IMG/VR virus record: IMGVR_UViG_3300042934_000212 | DNA: 64,000 nt | Source of the DNA: a virus | Lineage: Duplodnaviria > Heunggongvirae > Uroviricota > Caudoviricetes | Reading direction: 5' to 3' (one strand) | In this document: in pieces, positions 40,776-48,936 of the stretch | Layout: each line of letters opens with the position of its first letter | Numbering within the stretch: the first letter of the stretch is position 1 | Translations under genes and position numbers: made by a program | Notes under the pieces: generated by a model | The model's database searches: none | The model's input: the letters and a program-made list of their open reading frames with translations, nothing else | What the model was told of the DNA's origin: nothing

Positions 40776-41062
40776 TAGTGTTCCAGTTGAATAATCTCGT
40801 CGATATGTTCTAGTACGTATGCTGTCATATCTTCGGGTTTAGTCTCGCATACAAGACATGCTACTTCTGACATTACCCATTCACCCATATCATAATGTTG
40901 GTAGATCATGATAAAGTTTTTATCAGGGTATCCATCCCATGAACTGTATGATGGATGTACATTCAAATCAATAAATTCCAGTTCACACGCTCTTGATTTA
41001 ATAAAGTCTTCCAACTCTATTTCAACATCAATTGTTGTTACTTTCTGTATTGTTATTTTCAC
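40775..41062 (-). CDS. Hypothetical protein
   Basis: TAATG overlap with the tdk start. Confidence 0.6.
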   Translation of the reverse strand: MKITIQKVTTIDVEIELEDFIKSRACELEFIDLNVHPSYSSWDGYPDKNFIMIYQHYDMGEWVMSEVACLVCETKPEDMTAYVLEHIDEIIQLEH

Positions 41063-41534
41063 TACGTTTCCTTACTTTATAATGCGGAATTCGAACCTGA
41101 CGATTCATATCGTCCAAATTTAACTGAATATAAAATGGGTCATCCAATAAAGTTACCGTACCGTTCAAATCTTCCTTGGCTAGTAAACCCCAAGAAAAAT
41201 CATCACTTTTTACTACCACTGGATCGCCTATTTCAGCAGTAGTACCATCATCATATATAGCACTTTCAATTCCGAAAAATTGAAGTACTTCTTCTAGCAT
41301 TAACCAGTCAGTCCAATCATCAGATAATGTATCAAAGTTCTCAATATCGTCGATTGTCTTATCTAGATCAGTACCTTCTGGATAAGTTACGAATTCAACA
41401 TAAAAATCACGCACACCCATATCGACTTCTTTCTGATATTTCACGGCTGAAAGATAATCAGTAATAATTGTTGGATTATGATAAAATGTTCCGCCCTGGT
41501 CAGCTTCTACTGCAACAGCTACTAATTGTTTCAT
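41028..41534 (-). CDS. Acidic hypothetical protein
   Basis: ORF track. Confidence 0.6.
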   Translation of the reverse strand: MKQLVAVAVEADQGGTFYHNPTIITDYLSAVKYQKEVDMGVRDFYVEFVTYPEGTDLDKTIDDIENFDTLSDDWTDWLMLEEVLQFFGIESAIYDDGTTAEIGDPVVVKSDDFSWGLLAKEDLNGTVTLLDDPFYIQLNLDDMNRQVRIPHYKVRKRSENNNTESNNN

Positions 41535-41576
41535 TATGTACCTATAAAAGAAAAGGAGGCAAAGCCTCCTTATGAG

Positions 41577-42242
41577 TTAATCCTCAGATTCGTCATCCTT
41601 TCCGCTATAATCGTAAGAATCATATCCCTGGTCAAACGTATCACTAAAATATCGGTCGTGTTCATCGGCCTCATCTTGTTCTTCGTCATCCATTTCATAA
41701 TCATTCCAACGATATGCATAATAACGTTCATCTTCGGTATTATCAATCTCCACACCAACACCATGCTTCTTAAGATAAGAAACAAAACTATCAGGATTAT
41801 TCAGATTTAATGCTTCCTCATAGAACGTATAGTACTTGTCTTCGTACTCACGACCACGATAGTCATCATATTCCCAAAATGTATCCCAATTAGTATCTTT
41901 AGGCCAATTTGCCCAAGTTGGATGAATCGAATGATCCATTAGACCACGATCAAGAATATCTTTCTTGTATCGTTGTTCTAGTTCTTGATTAGTTGGTCTT
42001 TCTTTCCATTCTGGACGTGGAATTGCACATCCAATACTCTCTAGTCTAGAGAATACTTCATCTACCATATAATGGTAGTTTGCTTCTTCCATATCATAAC
42101 AGTGAGCACTAGTACCAGTACTGACCTCTTCAAAGTTTTCATGTGTTTCACATGTAACAGTGATAATGTCATTACTATAGCACCCACAGTCTTCACAGTC
42201 AGAATAACTATCATGGATATTGATGTTTAATACAACGGACAT
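41577..42242 (-). CDS. Acidic hypothetical protein with N-terminal CxxCxC motif
   Basis: DCEDCGC; GAGGAG SD; flanked by hairpin terminators at 41546-41571 and 42254-42282. Confidence 0.65.
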   Translation of the reverse strand: MSVVLNINIHDSYSDCEDCGCYSNDIITVTCETHENFEEVSTGTSAHCYDMEEANYHYMVDEVFSRLESIGCAIPRPEWKERPTNQELEQRYKKDILDRGLMDHSIHPTWANWPKDTNWDTFWEYDDYRGREYEDKYYTFYEEALNLNNPDSFVSYLKKHGVGVEIDNTEDERYYAYRWNDYEMDDEEQDEADEHDRYFSDTFDQGYDSYDYSGKDDESED

Positions 42243-42287
42243 TTTTCTCTCCTAAAAAGAAAAGGACACGCCATGTGTCCTTATTGA

Positions 42288-42737
42288 TTATTGTAGTACT
42301 TTAAGTTTATATAAGATGCTCTCAACAAAACTCATTATATCTTCGAGTGTGTTTACAGAGCCAAATTCATCTTGGCTTTCCAATATCTCATGTATCTTAG
42401 AACAATGCATAATATATTCTTCAAGTAGAGGAATTGCTTCTTCTATCGGTTGGAATATATAAGCACTTCCAGTACTGAAAATTGGTCCACGGTCTGCCAT
42501 TAGTCCTTCGATAAAGGAATCCACATATTCTGGAAGGTCTTTATATAATTCATCCAGTTCCATATGTTTCGAATAGTAGCGGCATTGTAAATGCCAGTGG
42601 TGAGCCTGTGATTCAAGAAAGATACTATTCTCTACGAATTTGATTAGTACATCATCGTGAGTGTCGTCGGTTGTTTCTACATAATCAATCATACTGCGTA
42701 TGTCTTTAGGATCAAAAGGTTCGCTCATAATTATCAT
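42288..42737 (-). CDS. Ferritin/Dps-like protein
   Basis: QAHHWHL..SKHMELDELYKDL..VDSFIE ferroxidase-like pattern. Confidence 0.65.
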   Translation of the reverse strand: MIIMSEPFDPKDIRSMIDYVETTDDTHDDVLIKFVENSIFLESQAHHWHLQCRYYSKHMELDELYKDLPEYVDSFIEGLMADRGPIFSTGSAYIFQPIEEAIPLLEEYIMHCSKIHEILESQDEFGSVNTLEDIMSFVESILYKLKVLQ

Positions 42738-42758
42738 CCTTAGTTGTTGATAGTGTAT

Positions 42759-43124
42759 TTAGCACAAAAAAACGAACTTAGGATTATAGTTATTACACAA
42801 CGATCTGAAATTACCAGACTCCGTATCTCCAAACAAAAACAAAAAATCACACTCTAAATCTAAATCTCTGTAGGATTTATCAGTAGTGAAGTGCAAATTA
42901 TCACTTTGCTGTACTGGATAATGATTGTCAAAATTGACACAAACTACAACAAAATCATCTGAAGAAATCTCTTTCATGGCATTAAAAATACCAGATGCTT
43001 TGTCATCATTGTGTCTGTTAATTTGAACATTATTAAGCCTATAGCTATATAAGTTCATCTCAATTAAAATTAGAAAGTACTTACTCATTACATCATAGAA
43101 GTACTTGTTATCCTCTAGGTTCAT
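42759..43124 (-). CDS. Hypothetical protein directly downstream of the candidate large RNA
   Basis: GGAG SD; 121 aa. Confidence 0.6.
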   Translation of the reverse strand: MNLEDNKYFYDVMSKYFLILIEMNLYSYRLNNVQINRHNDDKASGIFNAMKEISSDDFVVVCVNFDNHYPVQQSDNLHFTTDKSYRDLDLECDFLFLFGDTESGNFRSLCNNYNPKFVFLC

Positions 43125-43134
43125 TGCCTAACTC

Positions 43135-43765
43135 CGTTAGTCAAGAATTTCGTTATTCTGTACTCGTTAGCACTCGTACTGAATTAACTCAATTCAATTA
43201 TATTACGTTTAACACTTTATACTGACGGGGTTTGTTGATCCATTTGCATCCCCCCGCAAGGGAGAACGAAAAAAAGTCAGAATAATCTGACGGTAGTAGT
43301 CTTACCTCTGAATTTGTAGATTTTACTCAAATTTTAGACGCAACTTTACTGTCCAAAAATAAGTAGTAAACACTGGCGGGTTGTCCGGTTTCCAGTTACT
43401 ACAGTCGCATACAACGGTCGGAGGTTTCTCATTTCTCCGCATATAGTACTTGCTAATTCAGCAACAAATACTATTGATATTCTGTCGAATATCTCCCTTT
43501 CAACAGGGTTGAGTATGCACTCAATATGTCTATCTAGGGCGTTTATGTTTTCTTACACGCCTTTATTGTGCCGCATTGCCGTGATTCGTAGGCTTAAGTC
43601 GCTTTGTATGACTGCTAGTACTCTAACGGGTTTCATTTGCACATCGTACTGATTGAACTACTCATCTGCCATCTACTTGTCGATAGGATCAGGTTTTAAC
43701 TATTCCTTGTTAAAGGATCAATCAGAGTTATATAAAACAAAGGGAAGACCAATTAAGACCTTCCC
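43135..43765 (-). ncRNA. Candidate large structured non-coding RNA (~630 nt), or a promoter-driven replication origin
   Basis: No minus-strand ORF of 60 aa or more; core lines 45-50% GC versus ~35% in the flanking gene; at least 12 hairpins; dedicated promoter ending 3 nt before a G-run 5' stem. Confidence 0.6.
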
Positions 43766-43769
43766 CTAT

Positions 43770-43798
43770 ATTATACCACAAATTTTAAAGTTGTTTCA
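43770..43798 (-). promoter_or_regulatory. TGAAAC-N17-TATAAT promoter
   Basis: Minus strand TGAAAC aactttaaaatttgtgg TATAAT. Confidence 0.8.
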
Positions 43799-43802
43799 CT
43801 TT

Positions 43803-44063
43803 TTAATCTTTATAAAAAGAATCATTGTAGTGTTGGGTTTGAACCAGATATTCGGGATCGATATTTTCTGGTTTGATATTATCATTTAAGAACTTGATAG
43901 CTTCTTCTTCTGTATTAAAGTACAGACGAGTGTCAGTACCTTTTTCACAAAGGAAGCGACTATGGTCATAGTCCATTTCGTCATGGTCTTGCATACAAAC
44001 AACTGTCAATATCTGGTCGTCATTAGCAGTACGGATAATACGATAATACACATCGTTCCACAT
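43803..44063 (-). CDS. Hypothetical protein
   Basis: ORF track. Confidence 0.6.
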   Translation of the reverse strand: MWNDVYYRIIRTANDDQILTVVCMQDHDEMDYDHSRFLCEKGTDTRLYFNTEEEAIKFLNDNIKPENIDPEYLVQTQHYNDSFYKD

Positions 44064-44074
44064 TTCTATTTACC

Positions 44075-44464
44075 TTAGAGAAAAACACGCTTAAGACGGT
44101 CGTCCGTCCTGTCAAAGAACTGCTCAATAAAATTCAAATCTTCGAAAATATCTGGATTTAATTCACGTTCATAAAATACTTTGTTGGAATAACGTTCATC
44201 GCCATTCCTGAAAGCTACCTTAATGGGTAAAGATATTTGATTTTTGTCATTCTTAGTATAAGAACAACTAAGCTTAATGTGCTTACCTGTATCAAAAAGG
44301 ATAACTTCTTGAGTCATCTTCTCGATACCAGTCAAATGTGCAAAAGAATGTTCTTCCTTTACCATAGTAATAGACACTAACACGTCTTTGGTATTACCCA
44401 AATCGTTAATGTTTTTAGTTGCACTGATAACTTCTAATTTTCCAAAATCAATATCTTTAAGCAT
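44075..44464 (-). CDS. Hypothetical protein
   Basis: GGAG SD. Confidence 0.6.
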   Translation of the reverse strand: MLKDIDFGKLEVISATKNINDLGNTKDVLVSITMVKEEHSFAHLTGIEKMTQEVILFDTGKHIKLSCSYTKNDKNQISLPIKVAFRNGDERYSNKVFYERELNPDIFEDLNFIEQFFDRTDDRLKRVFL

Positions 44465-44476
44465 TAAATCAACTCC

Positions 44477-44505
44477 AAAAAAAAAGGAAATCTCTCGATT
44501 TCCTT
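44477..44505 (-). terminator. Intrinsic terminator
   Basis: Minus strand AGGAAATC-GAGA-GATTTCCT-T8. Confidence 0.8.
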
Positions 44506-44506
44506 A

Positions 44507-44535
44507 ATTGTATGCTTTTTACTTTTAAAAGTCAA
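44507..44535 (-). promoter_or_regulatory. Sigma70-like early promoter
   Basis: Minus strand gcTTGACT-17-TACAAT. Confidence 0.7.
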
Positions 44536-44536
44536 G

Positions 44537-44851
44537 CTATTTTTTTGAAACTTCCTTCATTTCACTAACCCCGTTGATTGTATCGACAAGTTTATTATGA
44601 AGTCCAGCACAGTTGTTATAAAACGTCTGCCAATCACGAAGTACTGAATAAAGCTCCTTACCATCGTATACCTGTTCACCTTTATCATTCAAGACAAAGT
44701 TAGTTGGTAATGGTGTATCAGTACTGCATTTCTGTAGTAATGATTGTTGTTCGATAATAGGAGAGTTGTGTACTGGAACAGTAGAACAACCTGTAATTGC
44801 AAACGATACTGCAAGAACCGCTGCAATGAAAATCTTTTTAATCTTGTTCAT
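44537..44851 (-). CDS. o-spanin (Rz1-like lipoprotein)
   Basis: Lipobox FAITG-C; CSTDTPLP; YNNCAGLHNKL; immediately follows the i-spanin. Confidence 0.8.
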   Translation of the reverse strand: MNKIKKIFIAAVLAVSFAITGCSTVPVHNSPIIEQQSLLQKCSTDTPLPTNFVLNDKGEQVYDGKELYSVLRDWQTFYNNCAGLHNKLVDTINGVSEMKEVSKK

Positions 44852-44853
44852 GA

Positions 44854-45219
44854 TTATTTTTTCTTCCCATTGATAATATCAGCAGATTCCTGCTTATACT
44901 GTTTTAGAAGATCAACACCAGCCTGATCCATACATTGCTGTAGATAGATTGGTTTAGCCAAAATAGTCTTTTCTTTTATGATAGTATTAACTCGTGCATC
45001 ACTTAGCAAGTCTTTCTGATCTTGAAGACCTTGAGCTTGGTTTCGTTGATAGACGCTAATACCCTCATCTACTATTTTCTGTACCTTTTGATCTAAACTG
45101 TCCTGATACCCATTGTAATAGGTATGAATTTGCCATCCGCCAAATATTGTGAGTACTGTGTAAAGAAGGAACGCAGCAATCCCTAACGGTAGTTTGTATA
45201 ACTTAATAAAATTAAACAT
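44854..45219 (-). CDS. i-spanin (Rz-like)
   Basis: N-terminal TM helix, coiled coil, PIYLQQC..G C-terminus. Confidence 0.78.
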   Translation of the reverse strand: MFNFIKLYKLPLGIAAFLLYTVLTIFGGWQIHTYYNGYQDSLDQKVQKIVDEGISVYQRNQAQGLQDQKDLLSDARVNTIIKEKTILAKPIYLQQCMDQAGVDLLKQYKQESADIINGKKK

Positions 45220-45295
45220 GGTTGCACCTCGTTAAATGCTTAGGTATGTACCATATTTAATTCTAAAATGTAATTACCGACTTGAAATTAGAATT

Positions 45296-45736
45296 TTATT
45301 GTGTAACAAAATTAATAACTTCTTGGACAGTTTTGAATTCTTCTGCACGTTCATCTGAAATTTCAACAGAGAATTCGTCTTCCATCGCCATGACTAATTC
45401 AACTAAGTCTAACGAATCTAGTGCTAAATTTTCGTAAAGATCTTGGATTCCAGCCTCTGGAATAACAAATTTATAAACTACTTCATAGCGAGTACCAGTA
45501 ACATCAGCAACGATGCTTTGAATACGTTCTAGTACTTCTTTTTGTTTACCAGAAAGAAGTACTTCTTCTACTTCAGCAATCTGCTGTTCGAATTGATCCA
45601 TATTATCAATTGTATTTTGACGTAGTTCTTTGATCAATTCTTCAACTTCGTTGAGAATTTTGAAACGATCTATTGAATTTTTGCTATTAAAATACTGGCG
45701 ACTTAATTCATGACGAACGATGTTTAGATTTGACAT
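45296..45736 (-). CDS. acpP: Acyl carrier protein with N-terminal helical extension
   Basis: LYENLALDSLDLVELVMAMEDEFSVEISDERAEEFKTVQEVINFV aligns with E. coli AcpP ([23 protein letters not shown]); the phosphopantetheine Ser is intact. Confidence 0.88.
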   Translation of the reverse strand: MSNLNIVRHELSRQYFNSKNSIDRFKILNEVEELIKELRQNTIDNMDQFEQQIAEVEEVLLSGKQKEVLERIQSIVADVTGTRYEVVYKFVIPEAGIQDLYENLALDSLDLVELVMAMEDEFSVEISDERAEEFKTVQEVINFVTQ

Positions 45737-46283
45737 ACTTAGTTCTCTCTTTAAATCCAGCAGTAACCCTAATTAGTAAACGCTGGCAGTCTGTTTCAAC
45801 TAGTGGACAATTATGAAGTACTTTACTTGTATACTTATGAGCAGTACAAGTTGCACCCACTTTCTCTATTAGGACTTCATTTGTTAGAACATCCTGAACG
45901 GATTTATAATCTTTTGTATTGATAGGATTCGTAATGAAACTAGTTCCTTGAACAGTACCGAAAATAATATGTGTCTCAGGTTCAAAGTCATCATGAATGT
46001 CATTAGTACAATCCAAGTGATACCCAAAAATCTGAGAACCACTATCACCAGCAGTTAATTCCCTTACTCGGTAATCAACTACAATCGAACGGTCATCGTA
46101 CTTTTTAATTTCATCTATCATACGCTGAATCAATTCTCCCATAACGGGAGGTACGCTGTCAATCACTTTATGTGGAGATTCGTATTTAAATTCCTGTACT
46201 GGAAGGTTCGTAGGAACCTCCCATGTAAACAAGTCCATCTCAATACTACCAACCGGATTAAGTGTATTAATATCCACACTCAT
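45708..46283 (-). CDS. 2OG-Fe(II) oxygenase-like protein
   Basis: VDYRV..G..GYHLD (HxD), distal H (VLHN) and R (QRLLIRV). Confidence 0.6.
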   Translation of the reverse strand: MSVDINTLNPVGSIEMDLFTWEVPTNLPVQEFKYESPHKVIDSVPPVMGELIQRMIDEIKKYDDRSIVVDYRVRELTAGDSGSQIFGYHLDCTNDIHDDFEPETHIIFGTVQGTSFITNPINTKDYKSVQDVLTNEVLIEKVGATCTAHKYTSKVLHNCPLVETDCQRLLIRVTAGFKERTKYVKSKHRSS

Positions 46284-46740
46284 AGGGTTTTACAGTTACC
46301 TTAATATCTGAAGTTAAATCGATAATAATATGGAAATCAGTATCGAATACTTGTTGTAGAAATTCTTCAAAATCGGCAGTGCGTAAAATTGCTTTAATTT
46401 CTTGTACTTCAGATTCACTTAGACTTACATTTACAGATAGGAATTCATCTGGTACTTGTTCTTCATTATAATAGATACGGTCTACGTATTCGTACATATC
46501 ATCCGACCGAGAATCTGGAATATTTGCAATATACACGTCAGAATCATGGAAACATTCTTCACCGTCGTTCCATTCTGGAGTAGAACCAAGTACGAAAATC
46601 TTATCTAGATTTGGGTACTTAGCTTGAAGTTCTTTCAAATCTTCAGATAATTTCACGATGAAGGTATCTTGAATTTCTTTCTTCATTCGTTCAATTTCAT
46701 TTAGATAATCTTTTACTGCCTGTTCTGTATTCTTAAACAT
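46267..46740 (-). CDS. Paralog 3 of the TPx[FW]NDGxxCxH family
   Basis: GSTPEWNDGEECFHDS ... PYECGY; start reassigned to MFKNTEQ. Confidence 0.7.
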   Translation of the reverse strand: MFKNTEQAVKDYLNEIERMKKEIQDTFIVKLSEDLKELQAKYPNLDKIFVLGSTPEWNDGEECFHDSDVYIANIPDSRSDDMYEYVDRIYYNEEQVPDEFLSVNVSLSESEVQEIKAILRTADFEEFLQQVFDTDFHIIIDLTSDIKVTVKPYECGY

Positions 46741-46741
46741 A

Positions 46742-47254
46742 TTAATGTCCACAATCATAGTAATCATGTTCGATTGTTGGTTTATCACCAGTTAGATCGA
46801 CATATACGATATAATCAGTGTGATAAATTTCTTCAATTAGCTCATCTAAGTATTCTACTAGTGAATCTACTTTTTCGTTATCTTCCACTGAGTAGGTATT
46901 GATTTCATCAAATCCTTCCCACTCTCGTAGTTCTTCATCATCCTCAACTTCACCGTTACTAAGAAAATATGCAATACCAATTCCATATTCCGATAGTTCA
47001 CCGAAGTCATTCCACTTACTTCGTTGTGTACATGAGTAGTAGGTTTCACTCGAATGGGTACATGCATCACCATCGTTAAAGCCAGGTGTGTATCCTTTGA
47101 TGATAATTTTATTAAGACCTACAACCGACTTAAGCTCGTTAAGAATGTCAGTAAGAATGTCTTTTTTATTATCACGAATGAATACGTATAGATCTTGTCG
47201 TGCTTTGGATGAAGCAGCACTTAGTTCTTTAAATTGTTCAAATGAATTAGTCAT
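46742..47254 (-). CDS. Paralog 2 of the TPx[FW]NDGxxCxH family
   Basis: GYTPGFNDGDACTHSS ... YYDCGH; start reassigned to MTNSFEQF. Confidence 0.7.
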   Translation of the reverse strand: MTNSFEQFKELSAASSKARQDLYVFIRDNKKDILTDILNELKSVVGLNKIIIKGYTPGFNDGDACTHSSETYYSCTQRSKWNDFGELSEYGIGIAYFLSNGEVEDDEELREWEGFDEINTYSVEDNEKVDSLVEYLDELIEEIYHTDYIVYVDLTGDKPTIEHDYYDCGH

Positions 47255-47255
47255 A

Positions 47256-47684
47256 TTAGTATCCACAGTCGTAGTAGTCAGTTTTAAATGTAATATTGCC
47301 GTCAATGATAACGAAACCAAACATGTAGTTAGTACCTTCACGTTCTTCTAGAATTACGTCAATAAGTCCTAGTTCAGTTTCGATAGCACGTGCTTCGTCG
47401 CGAGTCAGATTATTGTACTCAAATTCAGTTTCATCAATTTCATTTGCTTTGAAAACTTGGTCAATTGCTTCTTCGTTCATATCAAGTACTTCAATAGAAG
47501 ACCAGTGTTCACATGCGTCACCATCATTGAAACCTGGAGTGTAACCAACGATGGTTCCACACGTTAGACCTGGGTATTTGATACCCAAATCTTTGATAAT
47601 CTCTTTAATGATAGTATCTGAATGTTCACTAATTAGAGATAGATATACTTCACGAGCGGTTTTAAATTGTTCTAGAATGTTCAT
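47256..47684 (-). CDS. Paralog 1 of the TPx[FW]NDGxxCxH family
   Basis: GYTPGFNDGDACEHWS ... YYDCGY; TAATG coupling to the upstream NTase. Confidence 0.7.
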   Translation of the reverse strand: MNILEQFKTAREVYLSLISEHSDTIIKEIIKDLGIKYPGLTCGTIVGYTPGFNDGDACEHWSSIEVLDMNEEAIDQVFKANEIDETEFEYNNLTRDEARAIETELGLIDVILEEREGTNYMFGFVIIDGNITFKTDYYDCGY

Positions 47685-48928
47685 TATTTTTTCCCATACC
47701 ATTGCATTTCACGTAGTTCAATAAGTAGCTTAGCTGCTGTATGAATGTTTGGTGCACGTGGTAAATCAGTTTGTTTATATAGTACTTCACGAATGTACTG
47801 ATCTTTTTCAGTCCAGTATGCCATCATTTCATCAAATGACCATGCACCGTTTCTGATTGCTAAAAGTTCTTCAGCATCAGGACGTTTGACATGTACTTCA
47901 CCTGTACTTAATGCTTCTTCAGCAGTTCGAAGTAAACGCACAACATGCATTGCGTGTTTAGTATCATAACCGTTTAGTTGCTCAAGTTCAGAACGTGCTT
48001 CATTGCGATTCTGTTTCCAAGTATGATAGTTGTTCCGGTTATCAGAACTTTTTTCATATTCATCTTTATTGAATTTAACAATTAAGCGGGGTTGCTCTTT
48101 TACTTCTTCGATAGAAAGATTAGAGGTATCAATGCGATGAATACTACCATCATCATTGATAGTTTTAGCACCAGCCTTTGGAACTAAGCCAAAGATGTTA
48201 TCACCATAAGGCACTAACTGATAATCATTCCTGTAATGAAGAATATTGAAATCGCGATCTAGAACTTGATGTTCGAAGTAGTTATGAACCAATTTAACGA
48301 AATGATACTGTTTAAGAGGTAATGTACTGATCATTTGCAATGAAGCATTACGCATGAACTTTTCGAAATCAATAATAGTTTTGATGTAAGAACCACGTGC
48401 GTGTTCAACATTAACTAGATTCATGATATACGAAGGGAAAGAATCTCCGACCCATTCGATCATTTGTTCGCATGGGTATTGATCGATTAGTTCCTGAAGA
48501 ATACGAACTCCAGTACGTTCTTTATCCATCCAACCGTGATGGTTTTTCATACGCTTAGCTTGGTTATGAGCATAACCTGTATAAGTGAATGCAATTTTAG
48601 ATGAAAGAAGGTCTGAACGTGCAGCCCGAAGGTGATCATACATTTCAGTTTTGAAAGTAATATCAGATTCGTCAACCCATAGTGATTCAAGAATATTTGG
48701 GTTTGCGGTTAGATAAAGCTGCATGTAGTTGTTAAGTTCGTAGTACTTTGTATCTTCTTCATTAGCATCACTGACTTCATTAACTTTGAAGAAAGGTGTA
48801 ATGATGAATTCTTTCTCTGCAACAAAGATACCCCTGTAATCAGTATCAGATGTTGGGGTACTAGTTCCGTAAGCTTGGCTACCCGCCAAGTGTCGGACAA
48901 TAAGATTATCCAAATGGTTGTTTTTCAT
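47684..48928 (-). CDS. Pol-beta-superfamily nucleotidyltransferase (RlaP/YcgL-like)
   Basis: AGSQAYGTSTPTSDTDYRGIF (GS..DxD), ANPNILESLW, GYDTKHAMHVVRLL. Confidence 0.85.
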   Translation of the reverse strand: MKNNHLDNLIVRHLAGSQAYGTSTPTSDTDYRGIFVAEKEFIITPFFKVNEVSDANEEDTKYYELNNYMQLYLTANPNILESLWVDESDITFKTEMYDHLRAARSDLLSSKIAFTYTGYAHNQAKRMKNHHGWMDKERTGVRILQELIDQYPCEQMIEWVGDSFPSYIMNLVNVEHARGSYIKTIIDFEKFMRNASLQMISTLPLKQYHFVKLVHNYFEHQVLDRDFNILHYRNDYQLVPYGDNIFGLVPKAGAKTINDDGSIHRIDTSNLSIEEVKEQPRLIVKFNKDEYEKSSDNRNNYHTWKQNRNEARSELEQLNGYDTKHAMHVVRLLRTAEEALSTGEVHVKRPDAEELLAIRNGAWSFDEMMAYWTEKDQYIREVLYKQTDLPRAPNIHTAAKLLIELREMQWYGKK

Positions 48929-48936
48929 ATGTTCCC

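Noticed and set aside
43135-43765. Group I intron, tmRNA or tRNA identity for the 43-kb element
   Set aside because: There is no flanking split gene, no clear S element (AAGAUAUAGUC), no tRNA-like T-loop or CCA end, and no tag ORF visible. The TTCAGAGGTAAGACTA similarity to the R element is too weak alone.
43653-43889. 78-aa plus-strand ORF overlapping the candidate RNA
   Set aside because: It runs against local gene polarity, overlaps the promoter and the next gene, and has no SD or recognisable content.
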